Shown piece by piece: positions 24,558-36,390 of a DNA stretch of 64,000 nucleotides. Under the pieces are notes generated by a model, which saw nothing but the letters and a program-made list of their open reading frames with translations, was not told where the DNA came from and ran no database searches. This DNA is from Eledone cirrhosa (Eukaryota), in contig OZ024742.1 in NCBI GenBank assembly GCA_964016885.1, positions 291,214,001 to 291,278,000 on the forward strand, written 5' to 3'. Within the stretch, counting starts at the first letter, position 1. Every line of letters begins with the position of its first letter. Both the position numbers and the translations under genes were made by a program.

Positions 24558-24562
<5 letters not shown>
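22352..24562 (-). mobile_element. RTE-clade LINE subfamily 1, 5'-truncated, with a small internal deletion/frameshift
   Basis: NYRGIKL, FVDLEKAFDRV, GVHQGS, LYADDL, RLRWYGHV and GRPKMTW. (GAT)n tail; (TA)n at the 5' end. Confidence 0.95.
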
Positions 24563-24656
<94 letters not shown>

Positions 24657-24660
24657 TATA
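24563..24660. repeat. (TA)n microsatellite
   Basis: Read directly from the sequence. Confidence 0.95.
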
Positions 24661-24705
24661 GTGACGAAACATAAGTAAATTGCATGAACTCATAATCTTT
24701 TATTT

Positions 24706-24761
24706 ACTGCTATATATATTTTGATGATAGCCATTGAATGGCCATGACCTCATCAGGCAGT
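24706..24761 (-). ncRNA. Decayed minimal hammerhead ribozyme
   Basis: actgc-CTGATGA-ggtc-atggccat(tca)atggctat-catc-AAAA-tatat-ATA-gcagt. Stem I actgc/gcagt is intact; the GAAA box is mutated to AAAA. Confidence 0.45.
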
Positions 24762-25689
24762 TAGTCAGTTCTTAGATATGCCAGCTCTGTGTTTATGGTG
24801 TTGATGGTATCAGAGCCTTGGGACATATGAGCTTGTTAGGGATAATTTAATGTTGTCAGCAGGAATAATCTTAATTCTCATTGGTCAGTTTGTAGATGCT
24901 AGTAGGGTTGGTATTTGACCTCAAAGAGGCAGGTGGTGTTGTAAAGTTCAAACCGTCAGGCAAGATGACAATAGTTCCATATGACTGATTTTCACAAAAA
25001 GCATTCCTGGTCAGATATATATTCAATTGAGGTTTATAGTATGAAATTCGATACTACAGGTCATTGAGGAATTTATGTGGGGGTGGTACTACTGAAAATT
25101 ATGGTTAGAGTAGAATACTAGAAAATTTACATATAAAAAGACTTATGTTGGTTGACTTGCACATACACTCACACCCACCCCCACAGACACACACACACAC
25201 ACACATCTACACGCACAAAACCATACAGGTGTGTATATATATGTATGTATGCACAAGTGCATACATATATACAACAGAGGCCCCCGAATCCAAGTATAAA
25301 GCAGACATAAAACGAGGTGGGTGTTATTTTTAAAGAAAAGTAAAGTGAGTGTTTCGAAAAGTAGAGTGTGATATATATCTTCACAACAATAGCTTGGGGG
25401 CTTTGGAGCTTAGGCGAATCCCTTAGTACAGACACACACACTCACCCACACTTTTATACCTCTGGATGTGTGTGTATGTCTATATACACATGTGCACTCA
25501 TACAAGAGAGCATATACAAATATAGTCTTAAGCATACACTCGAACATTTTTCAAATGCAACCTGGGGTATTAGTATGTTGTTGCGTTCCCATAAGTGTGT
25601 ACATTCACGTAATCCCAGTACACACACACAATGCACAGTTGCGGGCACTTATTCATGCGTATAGTGTTAGTACCTTAGAATAATTCTTC

Positions 25690-27489
25690 TTCCTGTGTGG
25701 GCTACTCCCAGGAAGGGCGGGGGGGTTCCTCAGGTTCAATAAACGTGGTTTTGCTGACTCCTAACCAGTAGAGAATCCGGTGGACAATCCACTGTAGGGA
25801 CCACAAACTATGGGTGGGTGTTGTTGCCCATTGGTCAATGGTACGGGGTGTAGGGGACCTACAGGGGGGGGGGGCGTTGTGGGAGGCTATAACAGGAGTT
25901 TATCCATATAGCTTGAGGAAAGTTCCTGTCCTTAGGTGTCTGCAGGCACCGAATAAGTCAGCCCTTCTGTTTAATAGCTTGGTTCCACTATGAAGTATCT
26001 CGAGTGTCTCACTAAGACAGAGGTTGCAAATACCAGACCCACCTCTGTCTGGGGGAACCTTTCTAACCACGGACCAGACCAGAGAGTGCGAGGTCTTTTC
26101 AAGTTTGAGCTTCCAGATTAATTCAGAAAAGGCTGTACATTTCCTCTTTTCTATTCTGTTAAAGGAATGGTGATGGTTATACCACCTATCTTTGAAGCTC
26201 GTTGCCGTGGATCCTATGTAGTGGTGCTCCAAGTTAGGGGTTGTGACCTTGCACATGTAGACTACGTTTTTCGTCATGCATTCATTACTAAGGGGGCATA
26301 GTGATGGGTCTCTGCAATTGCATGACTTCTTAAGCTCCTGCACATGTACTGTGTGGTTACCATCACTCGGGGTTGGCTGGGTAGCCACTGCAATCAGCAC
26401 AGGGTCATTGAGTTCCGCTGTGCTAGTTGGGCCTGTCCGAGGTCTGGTGTGTCCGGCGTGCTGGTTCTGTTGGGTGGCTCCGGGGTTTAAGGTGGTATTA
26501 GAGGCAGTGAGCCTATTCCTATTTATGCCGACTATGTGGTGGGCTACGGAGCGTGTGGTTGAGTAGGAAAGTTTCACCGTGTGCCTGTTGAATATTTTAT
26601 GGTACTTGTGGGCCCTAGGGAAACATTTATCCAGTACTCTAAAGAATGTTCTAGCCAGGCTGGTACATAGACCCACCGAGTACGGAGGGTTATACCATGT
26701 GACCTTCCTGGTCCTATTCTTGCGGGGTTGTTGGGTGTCCGCCGTGGTCCATCGCGGGGCTGTGCACAGCTCAGGTCGACCTCGGTTGGTGTCACTCAGG
26801 TGTGCGGAGCGATCACTATCATGAGGGTTATATGGGCCCACCGTGGGGCTATAAACCTGCGCGGTGCGGCCTCCCTGCTCAATGAGGGTTCGGCGGGTGG
26901 TGGGGCCAGTGCAGGGGTGCCTATGCTCTGCACCGCAGTGGTCTTCAGCGTTGTAGGTATTAGACCGGTGGGGTATGCGGGACCTTCTACCCGGGGGGGG
27001 GGGGTGACGGATAGGGGTCTGGGAGTGTTACTACTGGTCCCCGAGGCATTAGGTGGGCAACTCATGCCCCTGAGGGTATTGGCCCGGGGTACCCTTGGGT
27101 CATCTCGATCAGTTATAGCTGATCCTATGGCTGTGGGATGCCTTAGCTAGTGGTGAGTTATAGTAATCAGCATTACTATGGAAGATCTCTTTATTGGCAG
27201 ACAAGTTAGAGATCCTGTCAGAGACACTCTTAACTACGGCCTTAACTATAGATCTAGGGTGATTGGACCCAGCGTTGATATACACCAGATTCTAATTGGG
27301 TTTATGATATAGGTGGTGTAGCTTTTCTATTGGGTTCCATCACTACTTTAAGTCCTACCTTGCTAAAGAAGTGTCTAATTCTCCTCTTCATATTTTCGAC
27401 CATTGTGGTGCTGTGGTCCACGACGGTGAAGAGTGCATCGTCTTGGTACAGTCCACCACCCAGGTTGGGTGTTTCACTCCTGATCTCGT

Positions 27490-27491
<2 letters not shown>
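25690..27491 (-). mobile_element. Second Penelope-like element (RT C-terminal remnant, Cys linker, GIY-YIG), degraded
   Basis: GGLYQDDAL, RKVTWYNPPYS, HKIFNRHTVKLSYS, CNCRDPSLCPLSNEC, VVYMC..YIGSTATSFKDRWYNH, CNLCLSE and CRH. Confidence 0.88.
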
Positions 27492-27575
<84 letters not shown>

Positions 27576-28020
27576 CTGATGGTAGCTAAGATGCTTCCAT
27601 AGGCGGTATGCCAGTTGAGCACTCTATGCTCTTACGGAGCAGAGTATGGTAGAATAGAAAATGGAAAATCAGTGATGCATCTGAACTCAATTTATTGTGT
27701 GTTACAATTGTTTCGCCGGCGGACAGCTTGAGATGCGATCATTGTGTGGATCTGTCTGATTCTGGACCCACAGGTTCGACGGACATGTCTAATGATTTCA
27801 GAGCATATTCTCTCACTGAGAGAATTGCCTTGTCTGACGAATGTGGACGTTTCTTGTATTCGTCTTATTCGGGAAACCTCTGGTAATGAGGTAATTATAC
27901 TGTATTGTTTATTATACATTAAATATTTAGCTCTGTAACTTACATAGAGCACTCTTCATTCTTCTGACTTTTTCAATTTTCAACGGAAACTTCAATAGTT
28001 ATATATATATATATATATAT

Positions 28021-30924
28021 GTAGGAAAAAGCCAGTGCTACAAATTTTTCTGGGTGGGAAATGACGATGGGATGGGTGGTGTAGGTATACTATTAGCTAA
28101 CAAGTGGGTAGATAAAGTAATCTCAGTGTACAGGGTAAATGCAAGAATCATTAAACTCAGACTAGTCCTGAATAAGACAATTACCACAATAATATCAGCT
28201 TACGCACCCCAATCGGGGCTGCCAGACGAACTTAAGGATAGGTTTTACGAGTCCCTAATACACACTACTGCTCTAACAGACGACAAGGACTTCCTAATCA
28301 TTGCAGGAGATTTTAACGGACACGTAGGTAAACACTGCGACGGCTTCAATAGAGTACATGGAGGCCATGGAGTTGGCACAAGGAATGAGGAAGGATTCAG
28401 ACTTCTAGAATTCTGCGACGCCAATGACATGTCGATATGTAACACAAACTTTAAAAAACCCGACAACCACCTGATCACCTATAGATCAGGGGAGCACTCT
28501 AGTCAGTTAGATTTTATCCTCATCAGAGGACGTGACAGATGGACGGTCGTAAACACAAAAGCCTTCCCTAGTGAGGAATGTACATCCCAACATAGCTTAG
28601 TTGTCAGCGACCTCACGGTCAGAACTAGACGAGCCCTGAAACAGAGGCCAACCTGGAGAAGAAAGATCTGGAAGCTGAAAGTCCCCTCAACCAGTAACAG
28701 ATTTAAAGATATTTTACTCAATGCCTACGACAGTAAAGAAGAACAGATAGAGACATTTAACGTAGAAGAGAACTGGGAGTTCCTAAAAAATAACTTACTA
28801 GAGGCGACGGATGAGGTTTGTGGCTGGAGTAAGACCTCAAGCAGGAGGAGAGTGACTTGGTGGTGGAACAATAAGGTAGATGAAGCAGTCAAGGCCAAGA
28901 GACAGGCATGGAAAGAATGGAAGAACGGGGGGAGCAGGGTACATTACATAGAGACCAAGAGGGAAGCTAGGCGACAAGTATACTTAGCTAGGAGGGAAGC
29001 AGAGGATAGAAAATTCAAGCATGTTTTACAACGTGAGGACCAGAAACAGGAGGTATTCAAGATTGCGAGGCAGTGTGTCAGAGATAGTTGTGATGTCATT
29101 GGAGAGAAGTGTATCCGGAATGATAAAGGTGAGCTTGCCCTCACAAGTGCTGAGAAGAAAGATGCATGGAAGAGTCATTATGATAGATTACTAAATGAGG
29201 AGAATGCATGGGAAGAAGAGACCCTACCCCACGTAGACCCTATAGAGGGACCAGCAGTACAAGTCAGCGGCAGCGTAGTAAGTAAGGCAATCAGAGATAT
29301 GAAGATAGGGAAGGCAACCGGTCCATCGGGTATAGCTGCCGAGATGCTGAAGGCATCTGGGTCTGTAGGTCACACTATAACCACACGTATCGTTAACCAG
29401 GTAATACTAGAGGGGGCCATACCAAAAGATTGGTGCAGTAGCATCATTGTCAACTGCTACAAAGGTAAAGGCGATGCACTAGATAGAGGAAACTATAGAG
29501 GTATAAAGTTGATGGACCAGGTCATGAAAGTAACAGAAAGAGTTATAGCACAGCTGATTAGGGACCGGGTGAATATAGACGAGATGCAATTTGGGTTTGT
29601 ACCAGGGAAAGGCACCACTGATGCCCTCTTCCTTGTGAGGCAATTACAGGAAAAGTACCTAGCTAAAAGTAAGCCACTCTACTTGGCATTTGTCGACCTT
29701 GAGAAAGCCTTTGACAGAGTTCCACGTGCAGTAATCTGGTGGGCTCTTAGAAAACTAGGAGTAGATGAATGGCTTGTGAAAGCGGTACAAGCCATGTATA
29801 GGGGAGCAGTCAGCAAAGTTAGGATTGGCAATGAGTATAGCGAGGAATTTAGCGTACAGGTTGGTGTCCACCAGGGCTCTGTTCTTAGCGCTCTCCTGTT
29901 CATCATAGTCCTGCAGGCAATAACGGATGAGTTTAAGACCGGATGCCCATGGGAACTCCTGTATGCTGATGACCTCGCACTCATAGCTGAATCTATGGTA
30001 GAACTAGAGAATAAATTCCAAACCTGGAAGCAGGGACTAGAGAGAAAGGGCCTCAAAGTCAACATGACAAAGACTAAGGTCCTTATAAGTAGACGAGAAA
30101 ACAGAACCCAGATCCCCTCAGGGAAATGGCCTTGCTCAGTATGTAGGAAAGGTGTAGGTAGGAACTCCATTCTCTGCCCCAAATGCAAACAATGGGTACA
30201 CAAGAGATGTAGCGGGATCTCAGGAAGCTTAATTAAGAATGTAGGATTCACATGCAGCAGCTGTGCTGAAACAGCAAGCAAACAGCCACAGGAAACAAGT
30301 ACCACCAATCTCTGGGAGGGCCCTGTAGAAACAGTAGACAGCTTCTGCTACCTAGGTGACCGAATTAGCAACGGAGGTGGGTGCTCAGAAAGTACAATAA
30401 CTAGGGTAAGAACGGGATGGAAGAAGTTTACGGAACTACTACCACTGCTAGCTGCAAAAGGCTTCTCCCTCAGAATGAAAGGCAGACTGTATGATGCGTG
30501 TATCCGAACAGCGATGTTGCATGGTAGTGAGACCTGGGCGCTGAAGGTGGAAGACTTACGTAGATTAGAGAGAAACGAAGCCTGCATGCTCCGATGGATG
30601 TGTAACAGTAATATACGTGAACGACAAAGCATAAAGGAATTGAGAGAGAGACTGAGCATAAGAGGAATCAAATGCTGCGTGCAGGAGAGGCGGTTACGCT
30701 GGTATGGACATGTGATGCGTATGAAGGATGACAGCTGCATAAAAAGGTGCAGAGCACTAGAAGTTGATGGAAACCGCGGAGTGGGGAGACCCAAGATGAC
30801 TTGGGATGAGGTGATAAAAGCCGACCTTACCCAACTACACCTCTCAAAGTCAATGACACACGACCGTGACTTCTGGCGTCATGCAGTAATACAGGGTACC
30901 CGACCTCCCATGGGTACATGCTGA
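28021..30924 (+). CDS. RTE ORF: APE endonuclease (N-terminus missing) + reverse transcriptase with an inserted PHD finger
   Basis: GGVGI, SAYAPQ, GDFNGHVG, QLDFIL, SQH; RT motifs DLEKAFD, QGSVLS, YADD and FCYLG. Confidence 0.93.
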   Translation, partial: VGKSQCYKFFWVGNDDGMGGVGILLANKWVDKVISVYRVNARIIKLRLVLNKTITTIISAYAPQSGLPDELKDRFYESLIHTTALTDDKDFLIIAGDFNGHVGKHCDGFNRVHGGHGVGTRNEEGFRLLEFCDANDMSICNTNFKKPDNHLITYRSGEHSSQLDFILIRGRDRWTVVNTKAFPSEECTSQHSLVVSDLTVRTRRALKQRPTWRRKIWKLKVPSTSNRFKDILLNAYDSKEEQIETFNVEENWEFLKNNLLEATDEVCGWSKTSSRRRVTWWWNNKVDEAVKAKRQAWKEWKNGGSRVHYIETKREARRQVYLARREAEDRKFKHVLQREDQKQEVFKIARQCVRDSCDVIGEKCIRNDKGELALTSAEKKDAWKSHYDRLLNEENAWEEETLPHVDPIEGPAVQVSGSVVSKAIRDMKIGKATGPSGIAAEMLKASGSVGHTITTRIVNQVILEGAIPKDWCSSIIVNCYKGKGDALDRGNYRGIKLMDQVMKVTERVIAQLIRDRVNIDEMQFGFVPGKGTTDALFLVRQLQEKYLAKSKPLYLAFVDLEKAFDRVPRAVIWWALRKLGVDEWLVKAVQAMYRGAVSKVRIGNEYSEEFSVQVGVHQGSVLSALLFIIVLQAITDEFKTGCPWELLYADDLALIAESMVELENKFQTWKQGLERKGLKVNMTKTKVLISRRENRTQIPSGKWPCSVCRKGVGRNSILCPKCKQWVHKRCSGISGSLIKNVGFTCSSCAETASKQPQETSTTNLWEGPVETVDSFCYLGDRISNGGGCSESTITRVRTGWKKFTELLPLLAAKGFSLRMKGRLYDACIRTAMLHGSETWALKVEDLRRLERNEACMLRWMCNSNIRERQSIKELRERLSIRGIKCCVQERRLRWYGHVMRMKDDSCIKRCRALEVDGNRGVGRPKMTWDEVIKADLTQLHLSKSMTHDRDFWRHAVIQGTRPPMGTC

Positions 30925-31222
30925 AGCATATAAACAATATGCCCCCCCCCCCCCCACCGCAAGGTGGTCGTGGAGGTGCCACGGCAAAAAAGCACCCAGC
31001 CCACACTGTAAAGTGAACGTGTAGGCGCCACGAAAAAGCACCCAGCACTCACTGTAAATGAGGTTGGTGTTAGGAAGGGCATCCAGCTGTAGAAATCAAG
31101 CCAGATCAGTTCCTGTATGAGCAAGGCATGGTCAGCCGACCAGACACTGCCCACAACAGGACAACCCGTCTAACCCATGCTAGCGTGGAAGAACGGACGT
31201 AAAACGGTGATGATGATGATGA
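28021..31222 (+). mobile_element. RTE-clade LINE subfamily 1, young copy, slightly 5'-truncated, flanked by (TA)n
   Basis: Uninterrupted frame 28021-30924, 3'UTR with hairpin modules, (GAT)n tail. Confidence 0.96.
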
Positions 31223-31250
31223 TATATATATACATATATATATATATATA

Positions 31251-33474
31251 GCAGAGGATAGAAAATTCAAGCATGTTTTACAACGTGAGGACCAGAAACA
31301 GGAGGTATTCAAGATTGCGAGGCAGTGTGTCAGAGATAGTTGTGATGTCATTGGAGAGAAGTGTATCCGGAATGATAAAGGTGAGCTTGCACTCACAAGT
31401 GCTGAGAAGAAAGATGCATGGAAGAGTCATTATGATAGATTACTAAATGAGGAGAATGCATGGGAAGAAGAGACCCTACCCCACGTAGACCCTATAGAGG
31501 GACCAGCAGTACAAGTCAGCGGCAGCGTAGTAAGTAAGGCAATCAGAGATATGAAGATAGGGAAGGCAACCGGTCCATCGGGTATAGCTGCCGAGATGCT
31601 GAAGGCATCTGGGTCTGTAGGTCACACTATAACCACACGTATCGTTAACCAGGTAATACTAGAGGGGGCCATACCAAAAGATTGGTGCAGTAGCATCATT
31701 GTCAACTGCTACAAAGGTAAAGGCGATGCACTAGATAGAGGAAACTATAGAGGTATAAAGTTGATGGACCAGGTCATGAAAGTAACAGAAAGAGTTATAG
31801 CACAGCTGATTAGGGACCGGGTGAATATAGACGAGATGCAATTTGGGTTTGTTCCAGGGAAAGGCACCACTGATGCGCTCTTCCTTGTGAGGCAATTACA
31901 GGAAAAGTACCTAGCTAAAAGTAAGCCACTCTACTTGGCATTTGTCGACCTTGAGAAAGCCTTTGACAGAGTTCCACGTGCAGTAATCTGGTGGGCTCTT
32001 AGAAAACTAGGAGTAGATGAATGGCTTGTGAAAGCGGTACAAGCCATGTATAGGGGAGCAGTCAGCAAAGTTAGGATTGGCAATGAGTATAGCGAGGAAT
32101 TTAGCGTACAGGTTGGGGTCCACCAGGGCTCTGTTCTTAGCCCTCTCCTGTTCATCATAGTCCTGCAGGCAATAACGGAGGAGTTTAAGACCGGATGCCC
32201 ATGGGAACTCCTGTATGCTGATGACCTCGCACTCATAGCTGAATCTATGGTAGAACTAGAGAATAAATTCCAAACCTGGAAGCAGGGACTAGAGAGAAAG
32301 GGCCTCAAAGTCAACATGACAAAGACTAAGGTCCTTATAAGTAGACGAGAAAACAGAACCCAGATCCCCTCAGGGAAATGGCCTTGCTCAGTATGTAGGA
32401 AAGGTGTAGGTAGGAACTCCATTCTTTGCCCCAAATGCAAACAATGGGTACACAAGAGATGTAGCGGGATCTCAGGAAGCTTAATTAAGAATGTAGGATT
32501 CACATGCAGCAGCTGTGCTGAAACAGCAAGCAAACAGCCACAGGAAACAAGTACCACCAATCTCTGGGAGGGCCCTGTAGAAACAGTAGACAGCTTCTGC
32601 TACCTAGGTGACCGAATTAGCAACGGAGGTGGGTGCTCAGAAAGTACAATAACTAGGGTAAGAACGGGATGGAAGAAGTTTAGGGAACTACTACCACTGC
32701 TAGCTGCAAAAGGCTTCTCCCTCAGAATGAAAGGCAGACTGTATGATGCGTGTATCCGAACAGCGATGTTGCATGGTAGTGAGACCTGGGCGCTGAAGGT
32801 GGAAGACTTACGTAGATTAGAGAGAAACGAAGCCTGCATGCTCCGATGGATGTGTAACAGTAATATACGTGAACGACAAAGCATAAATGAATTGAGAGAG
32901 AGACTGAGCATAAGAGGAATCAAATGCTGCGTGCAGGAGAGGCGGTTACGCTGGTATGGACATGTAATGCGTATGAAGGATGACAGCTGCATAAAAAGGT
33001 GCAGAGCACTAGAAGTTGATGGAAACCGCGGAGTGGGGAGACCCAAGATGACTTGGGATGAGGTGATAAAAGCCGACCTTACCCAACTACACCTCTCAAA
33101 GTCAATGACACACGACCGTGACTTCTGGCGTCACGCAGTAATACAGGGTACCCGACCTCCCATGGGTACATGCTGAAGCATATAAACAATATGCCCCCCC
33201 CCCCCCCCCCCCCACCGCAAGGTGGTCGTGGAGGTGCCACGGCAAAAAAGCACCCAGCCCACACTGTAAAGTGGACGTGTAGGCGCCACGAAAAAGCACC
33301 CAGCACTCACTGTAAATGAGGTTGGTGTTAGGAAGGGCATCCAGCTGTAGAAATCAAGCCAGATCAGTTCCTGTATGAGCAAGGCATGGTCAGCCGACCA
33401 GACACTGCCCACAACAGGACAACCCGTCTAACCCATGCTAGCGTGGAAGAACGGACGTAAAACGGTGATGATGA

Positions 33475-33477
<3 letters not shown>
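31251..33477 (+). mobile_element. RTE subfamily 1 copy in tandem with, and nearly identical to, 28999-31222
   Basis: 541-aa ORF 31551-33176 differs from the upstream copy at only a few residues. Confidence 0.96.
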
Positions 33478-33516
<39 letters not shown>

Positions 33517-33517
<1 letters not shown>

Positions 33518-33840
33518 GAGGGCACATGACCTAGTGGTTAGAGCATTGGCCTTGCAATCAAAAGGTTGTGAGTTCAATTCTCAGACCGGGTGATGTGTTG
33601 TTTCCTTGAGCAAGACACTTTATTTCACATTGCTCCAGTTCACTCAGCTGTAGAAATGAGATCATTCCACTGCAAAGTGGTCGTGGCGGTGCCACGGAAA
33701 AAAAGCACCCAGCACTCACTGTAATTGAGGTTGGTGTTAGGAAGGGCATCCAGCTGTAGCAATCAAGCCAGAATCAGTTCCTGTCCCACCCTTGCAAGCA
33801 GGGAAAAGCGGACATAAAATGAAATGATGATGATGATGAT
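33517..33840 (+). mobile_element. Complete family-2 tRNA-SINE (CORE-like centre, RTE-derived 3' tail)
   Basis: A box tgacctagtggttaga, B box gagttcaattc, ccttgagcaagacacttt centre, tail shared with the RTE 3'UTR, (TGA)n end. Confidence 0.85.
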
Positions 33841-34359
33841 ATGTATATAGTCAGTTGGTGAGTAATGCTTATTACTAGAGATGTACATATTCTAATTCTA
33901 ATCTCCATTGCATCTGATGAGCAAATTGATCCTAGAGTCAAGTTTATTGAAACTGATTAAACACACGCACATGCACTCCCACATGCATGCTTACACATGT
34001 CCACTCAAAATACCCACATATAAACACACATAGGCATATACACTTAAACATATATAAACACACACAAACACATGCAGGAAAACACACTCATAGACATAAA
34101 TACACATACACCAACACATACATAAACACCCATACACCAATACACACACACATAAACCTATGAACATACACACACATAAACACATAAACACACATATGCA
34201 CCAATGCACATACACATATATACACAGTGTTTAAAAGTAGTTAGATATAAAGTATTTTGATTCTGTCTCTTTTAGTGTTTGTATGTATATATAATATATA
34301 TACATGTTTATATATATATATGGGTGTGTGTAGTTATTTGACAAATTATTTCTATTTAT

Positions 34360-34769
34360 CAGACCTGCCAACCTCTAAAAGCCCAAACGGTGAGTACCAT
34401 GAAAAAAAGTGCCCCAAAATGGGGAGAAATGAGGCAAAATGTGGAGATTTTACATAATTGTTTCTACTTTTGGCACAAGGCCAGCAATTATCCCAGTGTA
34501 TTACTGGTGTATTACTGGTACTTTATTTTATCAACCCCGTAAGGATGAAAGGCAAAGTTAATCTCGGCGAGATTTGAACTCAGATCATAAAGGGCAGCAA
34601 CTCTATGCTGCAAAGCATGGCGTCCGACCCTCTACCGATACTTGCAATCCACCGCCCCTGGAGATTTTACATAATGAAAGCTATACCCATTTTCACAAGA
34701 GAAGACATCTCTCACCCACCCCAAAGTGAATGGGAGGTCTCCCCATGGACCAAGAGAGTTACAGGTCTG
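34360..34769. mobile_element. Probable MITE (TIR cagacctgccaac/gttacaggtctg) containing a SINE
   Basis: Imperfect terminal inverted repeats; no clear TSD. Confidence 0.5.
34459..34658 (-). mobile_element. Family-1 tRNA-SINE with 17-bp TSD
   Basis: TSD tggagattttacataat at 34442-34458 and 34659-34675. Confidence 0.88.
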
Positions 34770-35034
34770 CAAAAGGTTTAATAGAGAAATCATTAACAAG
34801 AAAGAGGAGAATGGGGAAGGTATAAAGAGAATCACTTAATAAGGTTAAATAAATTGAGTAGTAGTGAAAGTTTATGACATACCTGGCTGACAGCCTTGCT
34901 GGAACAGAATGTATAAAATATGGCAGATGTAAAATGGATGATAAAAATAGAAAAATAATTTGTAAAAAAATAGTTTACTATAAATTTGAGGGTAATATTT
35001 CACTGAAATATCAAAGATTGTAAAATATTCACAC

Positions 35035-35275
35035 ACAACATACTATTTATATAGAGATGTTTTACTGAATACAACATAGAAATCTTTATATTATGTACAA
35101 CATAGAGGTATCTTGATTATATACATCATAGTGGTATTCATATTATATACAATATAGAGATGTTTATTATATACAATATAGAGATGTTTATTCTTTATAC
35201 AACATAGAAGTGTTTATATTATATACAACATAGAGGTATTTTGATTATACACACCATAGAGGTGTTTATATATAA
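35035..35275. repeat. Degenerate ~25-28 bp minisatellite (tatacaacatagaggt...)
   Basis: Recurrent acaacataga core. Confidence 0.7.
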
Positions 35276-35398
35276 GATAAGTGTGTATGAAAGTATATAT
35301 ATGATATGTTTATTATACACAAACCTTGCTACAAATGTTTTAAGCTATAATCATATCACATATATCTCAGCAGCCATATATATATATATATACATAAT

Positions 35399-35607
35399 AA
35401 AGAGGAAAATGCAAAGTTGTAGATGTTAGAGTATCTTATTAATTGAGCCGTTATACATATTTCCGTGATGATAGATATCGTGATCTCTTCTGACAGCAAA
35501 ATTGACAGTTGTCTGAAGAAATCATGATATCTATCATCATGGTAATATGTATAATGGCTCAATTAATAAAAAAAACTCTAACGTCTACAACTTCGCATTT
35601 TCCTCTT
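35399..35607. repeat. Foldback palindrome / MITE
   Basis: aagaggaaaatgcaaagttgtagatgttagag... pairs with ...ctctaacgtctacaacttcgcattttcctctt; centre near 35503. Confidence 0.85.
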
Positions 35608-35685
35608 CGCATACTCCATCATCTTTATTTTAAAGAAGTAATATGACATTGAGTGCTTGAAGTGAATTCCATCATTGTATACCGA

Positions 35686-35735
<50 letters not shown>

Positions 35736-35989
35736 GTTACCAGTACAACCTGTCTCATGGTCAGGTCGTTGGCAACTAAACTGGCAACCCCACAAAGGTT
35801 TCTTGGTGAGGAGGATGACTTTGGACATCCTGCAGGACTAAAAACAAAACTTGTCAAAGGGCAAAGGAGCTCTTAAGAGTCAATGACCATCCACAATCAC
35901 CGGGAGAGATGACCCCTTAACCTTTGTCAAGGCAGAATTCTAGGAGAGGGAAAACTCTGATACAACACCTGCACCCCTGATGGTATCCA

Positions 35990-36310
35990 ATGATGTTGAC
36001 TTGTTCTTCTTTTTGGTAAATATCATCTTGGTTAAGAGAGTGGGACTGGCTTTGTGCAGTGCCTTTGCTCACTATAAAAGCTTCACGGCACAGGCATTGC
36101 TTTATATCTGGAGATCTCTCTGCACTTGTCGTCACATGGTACCATGGGCCCAGCACTATGTGTCAAAAATTGTCACAAGTGTAGTGTTTGTACCAGAGTT
36201 TTCAAGTCGCTGGCTGGACTAAAAAGTCACACTCGTTCAGCGCATCAGTAGGGGTTCTCCTACATGGATATAAAGTAGTGGCCGTACTCGAAAACGAGTT
36301 GGCAGCCACC
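35990..36310 (+). mobile_element. 3' remnant of an RTE/BovB-like LINE with a C-terminal C2H2 finger
   Basis: 36171-36251 reads CHKCSVCTRVFKSLAGLKSHTRSAHQ*, followed by a short UTR and (TA)n. Confidence 0.55.
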
Positions 36311-36330
36311 ATATATATATATATATATAT

Positions 36331-36390
36331 ACACTATGTGCATTTCCATGGCCAGGTTCCATAAGATCCTGGTGACATCATCAGGTTTTA
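36331..36390 (-). ncRNA. Degenerate minimal hammerhead ribozyme
   Basis: aaac-CTGATGA-tgtca-ccagg(...)cctgg-ccatg-GAAA-tgcac-ATA-gtgt. Both core boxes are present; the stems are imperfect. Confidence 0.45.

Noticed and set aside
29679-30794. Long antisense ORFs over RTE and other LINE copies
   Set aside because: Shadow frames of the retrotransposon ORFs with no recognisable motifs.
33517-33590. tRNA gene (also the other A/B-box heads)
   Set aside because: No clean cloverleaf, and they continue into SINE bodies and tails; several family-1 copies have TSDs.
34362-34395. Plus-strand micro-exon (cag|...|gtgagt)
   Set aside because: It coincides with a MITE terminus, and no partner plus-strand exons were found.
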